DNA from: Mobula birostris
Taxonomy: Eukaryota
Direction of reading: 5' to 3'
NCBI RefSeq assembly: GCF_030028105.1
Contig: NC_092390.1
Coordinates: 7,006,001 to 7,070,000 of the forward strand
Length of the DNA stretch: 64,000 bases
The stretch's first letter is position 1; every line of letters starts with the position of its first letter. The position numbers were made by a program, and so were the translations under genes. Below are positions 25,031-37,679 of this stretch, piece by piece. The notes beneath the pieces were generated by a model. The model was given only the letters and a program-made list of their open reading frames with translations, was not told where the DNA came from and did no database searches.

Positions 25031-25592
25031 TGCCTTTTGAAAAACAGACTTTTGAGTCATAAATATTCTACGACTCAAAGACTGTTTTTCAAAAGGCAGA
25101 GTTATTCACAGTGCTCATCTTGTACTTATCCTTGGAAACAAAGCATCTGGTTATTATCATACAGCTGCTTGTGAGATGTTCCACACGTCTCCCATGTTCC
25201 CCACATTGTGAGAGTGTCCGCACTCCTGAAGTACCTCAGTGCCTACCGATGACCATGAGTTGACATGGAGTTGATTACAGACACAATGAAAATACTGTTA
25301 AAGCACTTTGGAAGTGAACATCCCACATAAAAGCAAGCCTTTATGCGGATTGCTTGAAAGAGCTGTGGCTTCATTACCATCATTTGGATAAGTTTATTCA
25401 ATTTTCGGGAAGTTTTTGGCAACACTCCAGTTGAAACTCTTTGCTTCGAGGTGATGCCAACAGCACTGAAAATGTGCTGATCTGCCATGTAACCTCTGAG
25501 GAGAGTGAAGGGGGGGGAGGGGGGGAAGAACATGAACACATAAACCCATTTGAAGCCTATTCAGTCCTATGATTTGAACTGGGAGTCTCTCC

Positions 25593-25609
25593 AACTTGGT
25601 CAAAGGTCA
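25593..25609 (+). promoter_or_regulatory. DR1 nuclear-receptor element, near-perfect PPRE
   Basis: AACTTGGTCAAAGGTCA versus PPRE consensus AACTAGGTCAAAGGTCA (16/17). Confidence 0.5.
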
Positions 25610-26319
25610 GTCTGGTAACCTTTCTTTCCAACAGGTCTAACTTATACTTCTCTCTCAGTGTTTAAAAAAACAGCTGGAATTAATCTTCAAAATTTACGAA
25701 ATGAGGCATTAACAGCTCTGGTTTCTCCTTCACCAACCTGGTTCCAGAGTCCATCATCAAGACGAGTGTGTTTCTCATTCACACATTACCTCTGCCTGGT
25801 ACAGATTATTAGTGACCAGAGTCCTTGTGCAAGGGGATAACTCTCAACTCTTCTTATCTCTTAACACCCCAAACTCCTGTCCTTGCCCCTTGCTTGCAGT
25901 AACATCTATAGTCCAGGCTTCAACTGGTGGATGAATCGTATTGGATCCATTATGCTCCATGTCCTCCTCCCACCTTCTTATTTTGGTTTCTGTTTCCTTC
26001 CTTTCCAGACCCGATGAAGAGACTCAGCCCAAAACACCAACTGTTTATTCCCTTCTATAGATGCTGCCTGACCTGCTGAGTTCCTCCACCATTCTGGGTG
26101 TGGTGCAGAAAGTTCCACAGGTTGGTCACCATGCTCTGGATGAAGATATTTCTCCTAATTGTGCTTCTAAACAGCAGACCCCCTACCCTGAGGCTGCGAC
26201 CACTGATTCTGGAATCACTGGCCATTCAGATCAGTCTGTATGTAATCTCTTTAGTTCTGCTGAGCTTCAATAGATTTCTAGGAGGTTCCCTGTTTACGCA
26301 GTGAACGGTAGTGCACTTG

Positions 26320-27010
26320 GTGTACAGTAGAACGAAGGAGCTTGGGAATACAGATCCCTAATTCTTTGAAAGTGGCAACGCAGGTAGACAGAGTCACAAA
26401 GAGAGCCTTTGGCACAGGGCCATCCGAGCTCTGAGTACAGGAATCGGAATCTTATTTGAAGCTGTATTAGACGTTGGTGAGGCCAAATTTGGAGTATTTT
26501 GTGCAGTTTTAGTCACCCTTCTACAGGAAAGATATCAATAAGATTGAAAAAGAGTACAGAGAAAATTTACAAGGACGCTGCCAGGACCAGAGATAGAGGA
26601 AAAGGTTGAATAGGTGAGGACTTTATTTTCCAGAATGTAGAAGACTGAGAGGAGATTTGATGGAGGTATACAAAGTGATGAGGGGTACAGATAGGGTAAA
26701 TACAAGCAGGCTTTTCCCCCTCAGGCTGGGTGAGACTAGAACTGGAGATCACAGGTTCAGAGTGAAAGATGCAATATTTAAGAAGAATCTGAGAAAGAAT
26801 CTTCTCCACTCAGAGGGTGATGCTAAAGTGGACCAAGTTACCAATGAAAGTGGTCATGAGGGTTCACTTGTAACAGTTAGGAGATGCTTGGAGAGGTACA
26901 TGGATGGGAGAGGTTTGGAAGGCTATGGTCTGGGTGCAGGTAGATGTGACTACCAGGCTGTTAAAGACTAGAAGGGGCAAAAGGCCTGCTACTGTGCAGG
27001 AGTGCTCGAT
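26320..27010 (+). mobile_element. CR1 3' fragment
   Basis: ORF 26657-26971 MMEVYKVMRGTDRV...LFPLR.GETRT.DH. Confidence 0.85.
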
Positions 27011-27621
27011 GACTCCGTGATTCTCATCTTTATAAACAACTGTGAATGTCAGCTTAATTGACCACTTCCCTTCCCGCACCAGTCCTGCCATCCCAATAAC
27101 TGGCCGAGTAAATCTTCATAACAAAAATATTTCCATCCCATGAGACCAAAACAGCACATAACTCCAGGAGGAGCCTTACCAAGCTCTACACAGCAGCAGT
27201 AAAGCATCCTGGTTCCTCTACTCAAACCCTCTTGCACTAAAGGCCACATAGATCTTTGTCTCCTAGCAACTTACCACATCAGATCATTGGTTTGCAGTGT
27301 ACAATGACAACAGGGTCTTCTTGTACTCCCCCATTCCCCAAACTCTCACCACAAAGGTAACGAACTGCGTTTCCATTTCTGTAATCAAAATCGATAACCC
27401 CCAAATTCATCCACTTTAAACTCCATCCACCATTTACTGAACAGGTCTTACACATTGCTTTTCAGAGGATTTTGGCCCTCTTTCAAATGGACTATAACTC
27501 AATCTTAGTGCTTAGGCACAACAGACTAACTGATGGCTTGTTCATAGTTTACCAACTCTGTACGAAGACTGTTGCAGCTTTAAGGAACAGAAGAAAATAG
27601 GCAAACACGAGCTGGGGGGGG

Positions 27622-27844
27622 NNNNNNNNNNNNNNNNNNNNNNNNNNNNNNNNNNNNNNNNNNNNNNNNNNNNNNNNNNNNNNNNNNNNNNNNNNNNNNN
27701 NNNNNNNNNNNNNNNNNNNNNNNNNNNNNNNNNNNNNNNNNNNNNNNNNNNNNNNNNNNNNNNNNNNNNNNNNNNNNNNNNNNNNNNNNNNNNNNNNNNN
27801 NNNNNNNNNNNNNNNNNNNNNNNNNNNNNNNNNNNNNNNNNNNN
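27622..27844. other. Assembly gap (223 N)
   Basis: Run of n after a G homopolymer. Confidence 1.
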
Positions 27845-29469
27845 GGAAGGTGGGGGAGGAGAACAGAGAAAGAAAATGAAGTGGATTAAATCCAGATGAG
27901 GGGGGGGGGAAGAGAGAGAGCCAGATGAAGTAAACAGTGAGACCAGATTCAGCCTGCGTGAACAGCTTACATTGTACCAGCTTTCATTTTAGTGCAGAGT
28001 TTGCAGGAGTGTTTGCCAACATCCACCTCAAACCCCTCCCATTAGATGTGCATCTGCTTCTTATCATGTATAGTTGTTTGCTACAGTAGTAATGAAATTG
28101 GCCCCGTTTAATTTCTGTGTTTAGTGTCCTTTGTTGTTCCTGATTTCATTAACCTTATCCTATGAGCCACTGGATGAAGCTCCATCAGTTACATTGCAGT
28201 CCATATATTGTCAAAGAAAGAGCTGTCTCTTTGAAAAAATTCAAGAGAAAGGTTTGCTTTGTGTGTCACTTCCCCATTACCTGTTTGCCACTGAATATGT
28301 GCAAGTCACATGCACAGGAATGGTGACATTTGACATTTTAGCGTTCCACTTCCAGGAAGGATTCTGTTCACACAGGAAGGCACCCGTACCCGTTACCCTG
28401 ACTGGAGATGTCTAGGTGGCAGAATGTGTGTTGAGTCGGGATGAAGTGATTGGGGTTGGGCAGGGACGAGTCACGGAGTCATGCAGCATAGAGAAAGGCC
28501 CTTTGGTCTCCAAGTGTTGGATGTCAGCCAAGGTTCCCCTTTACGATGAAGCGTCTCAGCCCAAAATGTCAACTGTTCATTCCTTTCCGTAGATGCTGCA
28601 AACCTCCAATGTTCTGTGTCCCTTACTCTCTGCTACCTTGTCCCATTAAGCCTACTCTTTGGTCCATATCCCTCTAAACCTTGCCCATCCATGTACCAAT
28701 GAAAGTGCCTTTAAATTGTTAACGTGCCTGCTTCAAGCACTTCCTCTGGCAACTCCTTCTATGTTCAAACCACCTTCTGGGTGAAAAAGTTGCCCCTCAG
28801 GTTCCTATTAAGTTTCTCCCCTCTCATGTTAAACCTCTATCAGGAAGGAGGTACAGGAACCTTAGGTCCCACAGTGCCAGGTTCAGGAACAGTTCAGCCT
28901 TCACCAGTCAGGCTCCTGAACGAGCATGGGTAACTTCACTTACCTCAACTCTGAACTGTTTCCATAACCTATGGACTCATCTTCACTACAACTCATGCTC
29001 ATAGTGTTATTTGTTTGCTTTTTAAAAAATATTTCACAATGGTTATTTGTCAGTTTTTGTTTGTGTGTAGTTTTTCATTAATTCTGTTGTATTTCAATGC
29101 TCTACTGTGAATGTCTTGAAAGAAAATGAATCTTAAGGAGGTATATAATGATATACATGTGCTTTGCTAATAAATTTACTTTGAACTACCATGTCCTCTA
29201 CTTCTTAATTCCCCCAAATCTGAGAAACAGACTGTGCATAAAACTAAAAGAATCAAAACAAAACAGTGTGGAAATGGCCCTCCAGAGCTTTATGGTCCTT
29301 ATAAAGAGCAGGTTCTGAAGCAGCTTGCATCTCCATTTCTAGGATATGGAGGACAGCAAACAGGATGTGCAGACAGGGTGAGTCCTCCCTGCAGGGACTT
29401 CAACACCCTGCCACCACACCCCTCTCTTACTCACTTGGCTTGACTCAGGAGTGTATTGCCTTTAGCTTG

Positions 29470-29690
29470 CATGTTTCTTGGTTCAAGACCCACTCAAGCA
29501 TAACCACCTGAGCTAACAAGTGAGATGGTGTAGCAGCAGAGGCCTCATCTTATGGATGAGACACTGAACTGAGGTCCCCTCATAAGTTGCACTCAGCTTA
29601 ATGCCTTCCACAAAATATCCCCTGGCTCTATTTGAAGAAACACAAGGGAGCTCTCGTGGCCTGCCACAATGTCAACTACAACCAACATCC
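29470..29690 (+). mobile_element. Ancient Deu-domain SINE remnant
   Basis: tcttatggatgagacactgaactgaggtccc...atatcccctggctctatttgaagaa resembles the recalled Deu-domain consensus (tctttcggatgagacgttaaaccgagg...agatcccatggcactatttcgaagaa). Confidence 0.6.
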
Positions 29691-29889
29691 ATGCTTACTC
29701 CAGTAGCAAAATACAGCAGATGCCGGCAATCTGAAATAAAATTGGAAAATGCTGAAAACGCTCAGCAGATCAGGCAATACCTCTACGGGAAGGAGAGTTA
29801 ATGTTTCAGAGCAATGTCCTACATCCTCTGCCATCAACTGACAGAGATGTCAAACTTCTCTCATTCCCCACTCTCCTCCAAGCACTTTA

Positions 29890-30930
29890 TTCAAAGTGCA
29901 AACTTCAAAGTAAATTTATTATCAAAGGGCATTTGTTACAATATACAACCCTGAGATTCACTTTCTTGTGGGCATACTCAACAAATCTACAGAATAGTAG
30001 CTAACAGGATCAATGAAAGATTGTAGAAGAGTGCAGAGTCCAGAGTGCAGAAGATAACAAACTGAGCACAGGCAAAGTAAATAGCAATAAATAATTTCAA
30101 TGTGAGATCAAATAGTTCAGTTTATTTTCAGAGAATGTATGCATTACATGACCTGAAATTCTTACTCTTCAGACATTCACAAAACAAGAACCCTCACAGA
30201 ATGAATACACCCCAACACCCTCCCCTCCCACGCACAGGTCCTTAAAGTTAGATCATTCATTGTAGGAACATTTCAATGATGGGGGAAGTAAATGTAGTTA
30301 TCCCCTTTTATTCAAGAGCCTGATGGTTGAGGGGTAGGAGCTGTTCTTGAACCTGGTGGTGCAAGTCCTGAGGCTCCTGTACCTTCTACCTGATGACAGC
30401 AGTGCGAAGAGAGCATGACCTGGCTGGGGACGATCTCTGATGATGGATGCTGCTTTCCTACGACAGCTTTTCATGTGCTCAATGGCTTTACCCACGACGT
30501 ACTAGGCTGTGAATTCACCACCTTTTGTAGGACTTTCCATTCAAGAGCAGTGGTGTTTACATACTAGACCATGATACAGCCAGTCAATATACTCTCCACT
30601 ACACATCTATAGGTTCATCAGTTTTTGATGACGTGCCGAATCTCCACAGACTTCTAAGGAAGCAGAGGCACTGCTCTGCAATTGCACTTACGTGCTGGAT
30701 CCAGGACAGGTCCTCTGAAATAATAACAGCCAGGAATTTGAAGTTGTTAACCCTCTCCCCCTCTGATCATCCGATGAGAACTAGCCTCCGGTTTCCCCTT
30801 CTTAAAGTCTATAATCATTTTCTTGGTCTTGCTGACGTTCAGTGAGAGGCTGTTGTTATGGCATCACGCAGCCAGATTTTCAATCTCCCTCCAGTTTGCT
30901 GATTCAGCACCACCTTTGTTTCAGCCCACA
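29890..30930 (-). mobile_element. Rex1/Babar-type LINE 3' fragment
   Basis: ORF 30298-30495 KAASIIRD..QPGHALFALLSSGRRYRSLRTCTTRFKNSSYP; tail aataaatttactttgaag. Confidence 0.8.
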
Positions 30931-32074
30931 CTTACTGTTCTCCATAATACTTAGAAAACATCCATCAAATTACCATTGCAGCCTCCTAAATTCCAGAGAA
31001 TACACTCCCAGTTGTTGTCAATCCACATAATTTAACATCAGAAATATGTTCTTCACAAGGAGAAGTAGTAAAGATCTGTAGAAATAACTGAAAATAGCAG
31101 CGTAGGCTTTACCAGCACAAAGAAGGAGCAAAGAAAGCATTGTGGTTAATTTCTACAGAAACTGGACGGAGAAAGAACAAGTTAAACATACCTAGAACTT
31201 TGGCGTGGTTCCACTCAGGCAGTTCTAGACCATACAATATATTATGAAAAGCGCAGAGGCACTGGAATGTTTTCAGTTTTAAATCTTTCAGAAAAGACTA
31301 AACAAGCTGGAAAGTGAAAATCTAGTGGTGACTTGATAAAGGTCTCAAATATGACTAAAGGATTAACAGGGTTGACATTCAAGGATTCAAAGTACATTTA
31401 TCATCAAAGAATGTATAAATAATACAACCTTGAGATTCGTCTGCTTACAGGCAGCCACAAAGCAAGAAACCTGAAAGAACCCAATTTTTAAAAAGCCAAA
31501 CACCCAATGCAAAGAGACAGAGAGACAACCCCGCCACAGTGATACAGTCTGATCAGGTCTGAACCTTGGATAACTGGAGCTTCGAGGCAGCCGCACTACA
31601 GCTGTACCACTGTAGGAAGATTGCTCCAGTGACAATCTGAAGATGAGCTTATGACACTTCACAGTGAGTTTGCCAGGGAGTGGGATCCCAGCAGGATCCC
31701 TTGCAGGCTAACAGCCATACCAATTTTCTCCCTTGGGATATCAAAGGGTCAATATGTTGAATTGACAATTAGTATTAGAAGGTAATCAAAAATTATCAAG
31801 CTGTTTCAAAGACAGCTGCTATGCCACTGTTATCAGACTTTTGAATGGACATCTTGTACAATAAGATGGACTTTGACCTCGTAATTTTGTACCTTACTGT
31901 TTACCTGCTCTGCACTTTTTCCATAGCTCTTACATTTTATTCTGCTTTGTTTTTACATTGACCTTTTCTCGTTCAACGCACAGTGTCATGATAAATCAAG
32001 GAAAGCTTTTCACTGTATCTTGGTAGATTTAACAATACACCAAACCAAAACAAAAATCCAATATCAATTCCAAA

Positions 32075-32703
32075 TTAGATTAGATTAGATTAGATTATGA
32101 GGACATGCAGTCCTCTTTTATTGTCATTTCGTAATGCATGCATTAAGAAATGATACAATATTCCTCCGGTGTGATATCACAGAAACATAGACAGACCAAG
32201 ACTGAAAAACTGACAAAAACCACATAATTATAACATACAGTTACAACAGTGCAAACAATACCGTAACTTGATGAAGAACAAGCCGTGAGCACAGCAAAAA
32301 GTTCAAAGTCTCTCGAAAGTCCCACATCTCACGCAGACGGGAGAAGGAAGAAAACTCTCCCTGCCATACCCGACTACAGTCCAACTGAGTAGTCCGAAAA
32401 CTTCAAGCTCCAACCAGCTCTCCGACACCGAGCACCATCTCTGCCCAACGTTTCGACCTCAGCCCCGGTCACCAGCAGCAGGCAAAGCTGAGGATTTTGG
32501 GGCCTTCCCTCCCTAGAGTTTTGATCGCACAGTAGCAGCGGCAGCGAACCAGGCGTTTCAGAAGTCAATCCAGATGTTCCTCCGTGCTCTCACGGCTGTC
32601 TCCATCAAATCAGAATTGTGCACGGCATCCTACTTACAAATACGATATAATTTCACCGGAGAGGCTACGCACGCTGCGTCACGCCGCCATCTTCTCCTCC
32701 TCC
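32075..32703 (-). mobile_element. Young non-autonomous retroelement (copy 2 of 2)
   Basis: Reverse complement of 22914-23595 with internal indels; (TTAGA)n tail, gccgccatcttctcctcc head. Confidence 0.85.
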
Positions 32704-34009
32704 CTCATTTAAGGTAATTACAGTCATTTCAGAGAGATACAAAAAATAGGCACCCTATTGCTGCATCAAATAGCTTTACTAAATAATAGCAGAATTGTGT
32801 TAATGTAACTGGGAGCCTGGTCCATGCTCGACCTCACTCCCAGTGCTCTCTCTGACTTGCTGACATCAACTTCAAATTTAACTTCAACTAGGTAGGATCA
32901 ATATCACCCTGTTCTGCTTTTATAATTGAAAGTAATTTTCCAGATCTACACTTTTCAGGCTGTTTAGGATCTTGTAAACATCAGTGGGATGACGTTGTGT
33001 ACACGTAGCTCACGGCTGAGGGGCCTATATTACTTCCATGCTTCCCCGGAACAGAAGGGCTCCAAGAAGGAACGGACCTCCACCCATCCCCAGCTTTCAC
33101 ATCTCCAATCAAGAATAACAGTTACCAACTCCCCGCCAAAAAAATATCTACCTAAAGAGTTAAAAACCATGACATTTGATCCCATAGAAATAACAGAATA
33201 AGAAACCCTGCTTCCTTCATTAAATGCTGGCCAATGTGACACATGCTTTTGTTTTTCAACCACGTCTTCTGCTTCCGGAAACTGGAGCTAAGTGTGTGTC
33301 CCCAAGGTGTTCTACCGGGCCCTCGCTGCCAGAACTGGAAGCAAATGGCCAGGCCAGGTTATTATTAGCAGCTGAGAGACAATTTACTCAGCTTCCAGTT
33401 CCCAGAGCCCATCCTCAGCCTCGGTTCAAAGCCCAGCACGTGCTAACGGTGGTGATAAATCAGCAACTGCGCTCCGAGTCGACGTGCTCGTTTCAGTAAT
33501 GAGCAGCCGCAGCAGTTGGCACACCTCTACATCAACTCGCAGGGGGCAAGTCCAGGCCCCCACGGATCGCCCATTAGCTGGTGAGGTAAAACACTGCTCT
33601 CCGTGCCCTGAATAACCTAAACAACTCCCAGCGGCAGCACCAGAGGCAAACACACGGTGGCGCAGCAGCCACACAGCGCCAGTGATTATCCTTACCGCTG
33701 TCCGGAAAGAGCACGTCCATTCTCCCAGTGACCGTGTGGGTTTCCTTCAGGTCCTTCCACACACCAAAGACTTGCGGGTTAGGGTCAGTAAGTTGTGGCC
33801 ACGTTACATTGGTACCTAAAGCACGGTGACACTTGCGGGCTGCCCCCAGCACATACTCTGACCGTGTTGCCTGCGAAAGCAAGCACTGCATTTCACTGCA
33901 AGTTTCAATGTACAGCTAACCTTCAAATGAGTGTCGCACCTTACAGGAATCATTATCCCTTTGAAGCGGATGACAGCCAAGGCAGCAGGCAAGATAACTT
34001 AAAATTGGT

Positions 34010-34680
34010 AAATCAGTCCATTATTGCCAGATGTACCAAGATAGTGAACAGCTTGCCCATATCGCGTACCGTCCATACACATCAATTCATCGCGACAACG
34101 CACTGAGTTAGTACAAGGTAAAGCAATAACAGATTTCAGAATAAAGTGCTACAGTCTCAGTTAAAGAGCAATGCAGGTAAGCAATAAGGTGCAAGGCCAC
34201 AATGACACAGATTGAGAGGTCAGGAGTCCATCTTATACAAGGGAAATACTCAACAGCCTTACAACAGTGGGGTAGAAGCTGTCCCTGAGGCTGGTGGTTC
34301 ATGCTTTCAGGCTTTTGCATTTTCTGTCCCTACAGGGGGTGGGGGTGGGGGGAGAAAGAAAAGAGAATGCCCAGGGTGGCTGTGGTCTTCGATTATGCTG
34401 GCTGCCTTACTGAGGCAGCAGAAGGTATAGACAGAATCCACAGAGGGAAGGCTGGTATCTACCATGTGTCCAAGAATGCTTCCACGCGGTCACATGCAGA
34501 GCCATTGCAAAGTCAAGCCCTTATGCATCCAGGCAGGATCCTTTCTATGGCGCACTGATAAAAATGCACTTACTGCAGGATACCCGGCTTCTGACTTGCT
34601 CTTGTAGACACAGCATTGATCTGGCTGCTTGAGTTTGGCTTTGGACCGATGGTGAATGCTACTGATGGTAGGGGACACCA
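34010..34680 (-). mobile_element. Rex1/Babar-type LINE 3' fragment
   Basis: gaagctgtccctgaggctggtggt...atgctggctgccttactgaggcagc, shared with other Rex copies. Confidence 0.65.
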
Positions 34681-35864
34681 TTGAATGTCATGCGTAGATA
34701 GATATTCCTTCTCTTATTAGAGTGGTCATTGGCTGGCATCCTTCCATGGCATGGATGTTACTTGTCGTTGTCCAGTCCATATCTGAATGTTGTCCAGGTC
34801 TTATTAAGTGCAGACATGGGTTCATTTGCCGAGGAGTTGCAAACTGAATTGACCATAGGGTAATCATCAGGAAACATTCCCACTTCTGACCAAACAATAG
34901 ATGGAACAGCTGATCACCACCAGCCCCAGGACCCTGCCCCGAGGAATTCCTGCAGCAATACATTGGGGCTAGGATGATTGGCTCAGTCAGAACAAGCCCC
35001 GTCCACGAATGGCCTGCTTTGAGGCAAGACTTATTGGAAGAAATGCCAATATCTTGCCAGCTCACTGCCCCATCACTCACAAGGATTGCCAGGATGCTGA
35101 GGTATTTATCTAATCAACCGCATGCAATCCATCTCCATCAAATGAATTCACCGAGAGATTTAGATGTGAAATCTGCCCCGGATTAAGTTAATTTATCACC
35201 AGTGAAACATAAACCAAAGCAATGAAACGAGGAAGGAAGTTGCTATAATTGAACTTGAACTTATCTCGTGATGAATTACAGAAAGAAAAACAAAATTACA
35301 CATTTTCCACTTTTCTATAAGGAATGCCAGTAAAATCTCTCTCACTGTCTTCAGTTTCCAAACTGCAAGGATGGAGATCAGATCTGAGCAGAGAGAGCTG
35401 TACAAAACATCGAGGGGTTAAGCTTCGTGCCTGGTGTCACACTTGTGTATAGATGGACGCGGGCCAGGAAAGCACAGGATCACCAGTTGTATTGCTTGTG
35501 TTGGCTCCAGTGTCAGGCACTTGAAATGTTCCAAAGCAAACATGCTGCTCGATGGGACCAGCGTAGGCAGGTCTGGAGCAGAGGGGAGAAAGATACAGGG
35601 CTCACAGGGCTCTCTCTCTCTCTCCCCCTGTAAAACTCTCACTCCCTCTCATTCTCTCTCTCTGTCTTTCTTGCAGGATTCAGGTTGACTGGGCAAGATA
35701 ACCAGAAATTTTTAAAATGCTGGATATGCTTAACATTCTAATGGAACCCCACACAAAGTGTGCTGGAGGAACTCAGCAGGTCAGGCACCATCTTTGGAGA
35801 GGAATTGATCCTGACACTGTCATGCATCAGAGGCTTAGAAGCAGAGACTGCAGCAGGAATCCAC

Positions 35865-36148
35865 GACATGGTGGTGCAGTGGTTAGCACAACGTTTTACA
35901 GTGCCAGCAACCCAGGTTCAATTCCCACCACTACCTGTAAGGAGTTTCCACATTCTCCCCGTGAGCACCTTCATTTCCCCTGGGTGCTCCAGATTCCCAA
36001 GTCCAAACATGTACCGGTTGGTAGGTTAATTGGTCATTGTAAATTGTCCCATGGTCAGGCGAGGGTTAAACCGGGGGTTGTTAGGATGCACGGGCTCAAG
36101 GGACCGGCAGAGCCTATTCTGCACTGTATCTCAATCGATCAATAAATC
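35865..36148 (+). mobile_element. V-SINE (HE1-like)
   Basis: tggtgcagtggttagc...caggttcaattccc (A and B boxes), V-domain, tail ctgtatctcaat. Confidence 0.85.
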
Positions 36149-37679
36149 AATAGTAATCCAATGGATTTATTCCTCCAAAATATTAATGCAGAACTCATCC
36201 AGGACCAGACATCCTTTAATAAGTTGGAACACAGAACAGATCAGAAGAGTGGGGTTTGGCGACCTCACCGACTGGACATGGATAACGTTAGGATTGGATT
36301 GTGCAGAAAAGACACAGAAGGTAATGTTACCAAAGGTAGTGTCTAACTGTGAAACTGAAGGGGGCCAAACAGGAGGTGTTCTGGGGAGACTCCGGAGGCA
36401 ACAGTGAAGGAAAACCATTGTGGGGGCTCTCTAATGTACGAGGGCAAACGATCTCACCCCTAATGGAAGTACAAGTGAGGAATAGAAGCTCAGACACAGC
36501 AAAGGGGGAGGAGGGACACTGTATCCTGGTCACATCACATGCACCATCAACAGACCATTATTAAATCAGCACATTACAAAGTGCCAACAATATCTTTGGA
36601 GCAGCTGACAAGTAACTGCTGAGCAATACTGTATATGGATTGTTTGTGAAAAGGGTGTAAAGGAACTGGCTTGTAATGAATATACCCATACTGGCCTTTG
36701 CCAATGGCCAGCATTAAGAACTTAAACTTGGTAACAATCTCCCCCTTCGCTGCAAACACAAGCATAGTGCAACTAGTGATCCAACATTCCACACGTTTTA
36801 AACGGGCAAACAACTTCCATGAAAACAGATGAAGAATCTAAGAAGGAGAAAGGGTTGGCAGAGTGGAGTGGAACAGAATGCGAGCAGGAGAGGAAGTGGA
36901 GGGAATAATTCCTTGTGTTTAAATTACAAAAAAAAAATTAAGTTTCTGAGGACCACAGAGATTAGTTGAGGCAGCCATGATCATGTTGAATGGCAGGACA
37001 GGCTTGAGGGCTGAGCAGTCTCCTGTGTTTTTTTTCTGGTATTTTTGATGAATGATCTAACAATCCACAGAAATTGTTTTCAAATTTTCTCATGGTCTCG
37101 GTCTCCAGTTCAACTGGCCAAGTCCCATGTGGGTGTATTCCCTCTTAGCCTGTCCCTTCACATCCAGATTCACAAACCATTTCTAGGAATGAAACAAGAC
37201 CATTCAAAACTCCATGTAATCCCAGTTTAACCATGCTAGCACTTTGAAAGCATCAGTCATTAGTCCCACTTCCCTGCTCACATCTGACAGCCCAACAAAT
37301 ATCGTGAATCAAACATTCTCCACACTCAAATACTTTTACAGAACAAAATCAGATTTAATCATAACAAGGTCAACTTCTGCTACGACAACAATGGGGGAAA
37401 TTCTGCTTATCTTTGCATTGATCAGTTAATAAACAAAAAAAACTGTCTGCAATTACAGGTCCTAAAACCACTTTTCATTGTAATGTTAGTAGTTATAAAG
37501 AGAAACAGGCATCACTGGTTAAAAATTATGTTGAGGCAACTTCTTACTTTAATGCTGCCTTATCCCATCAACCTGCACCCCGACCATAGCCCATATCCCT
37601 CTCACCCATGAGATCAAATGTTGAAATCAGAAATAAGTGTGAAATTGTGATTCCTACTGTACAAAATACTGAGGTTCTG

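Noticed and set aside
25620-25660. Plus-strand splice acceptors (ctttctttccaacag, cttctctctcag)
   Set aside because: No convincing partner donor or coding frame; isolated acceptor-like motifs are common.
35865-35935. tRNA genes at A/B-box motifs (also ~11200, ~19300, ~20855, ~21310, ~48270)
   Set aside because: No cloverleaf; each continues into a SINE body.
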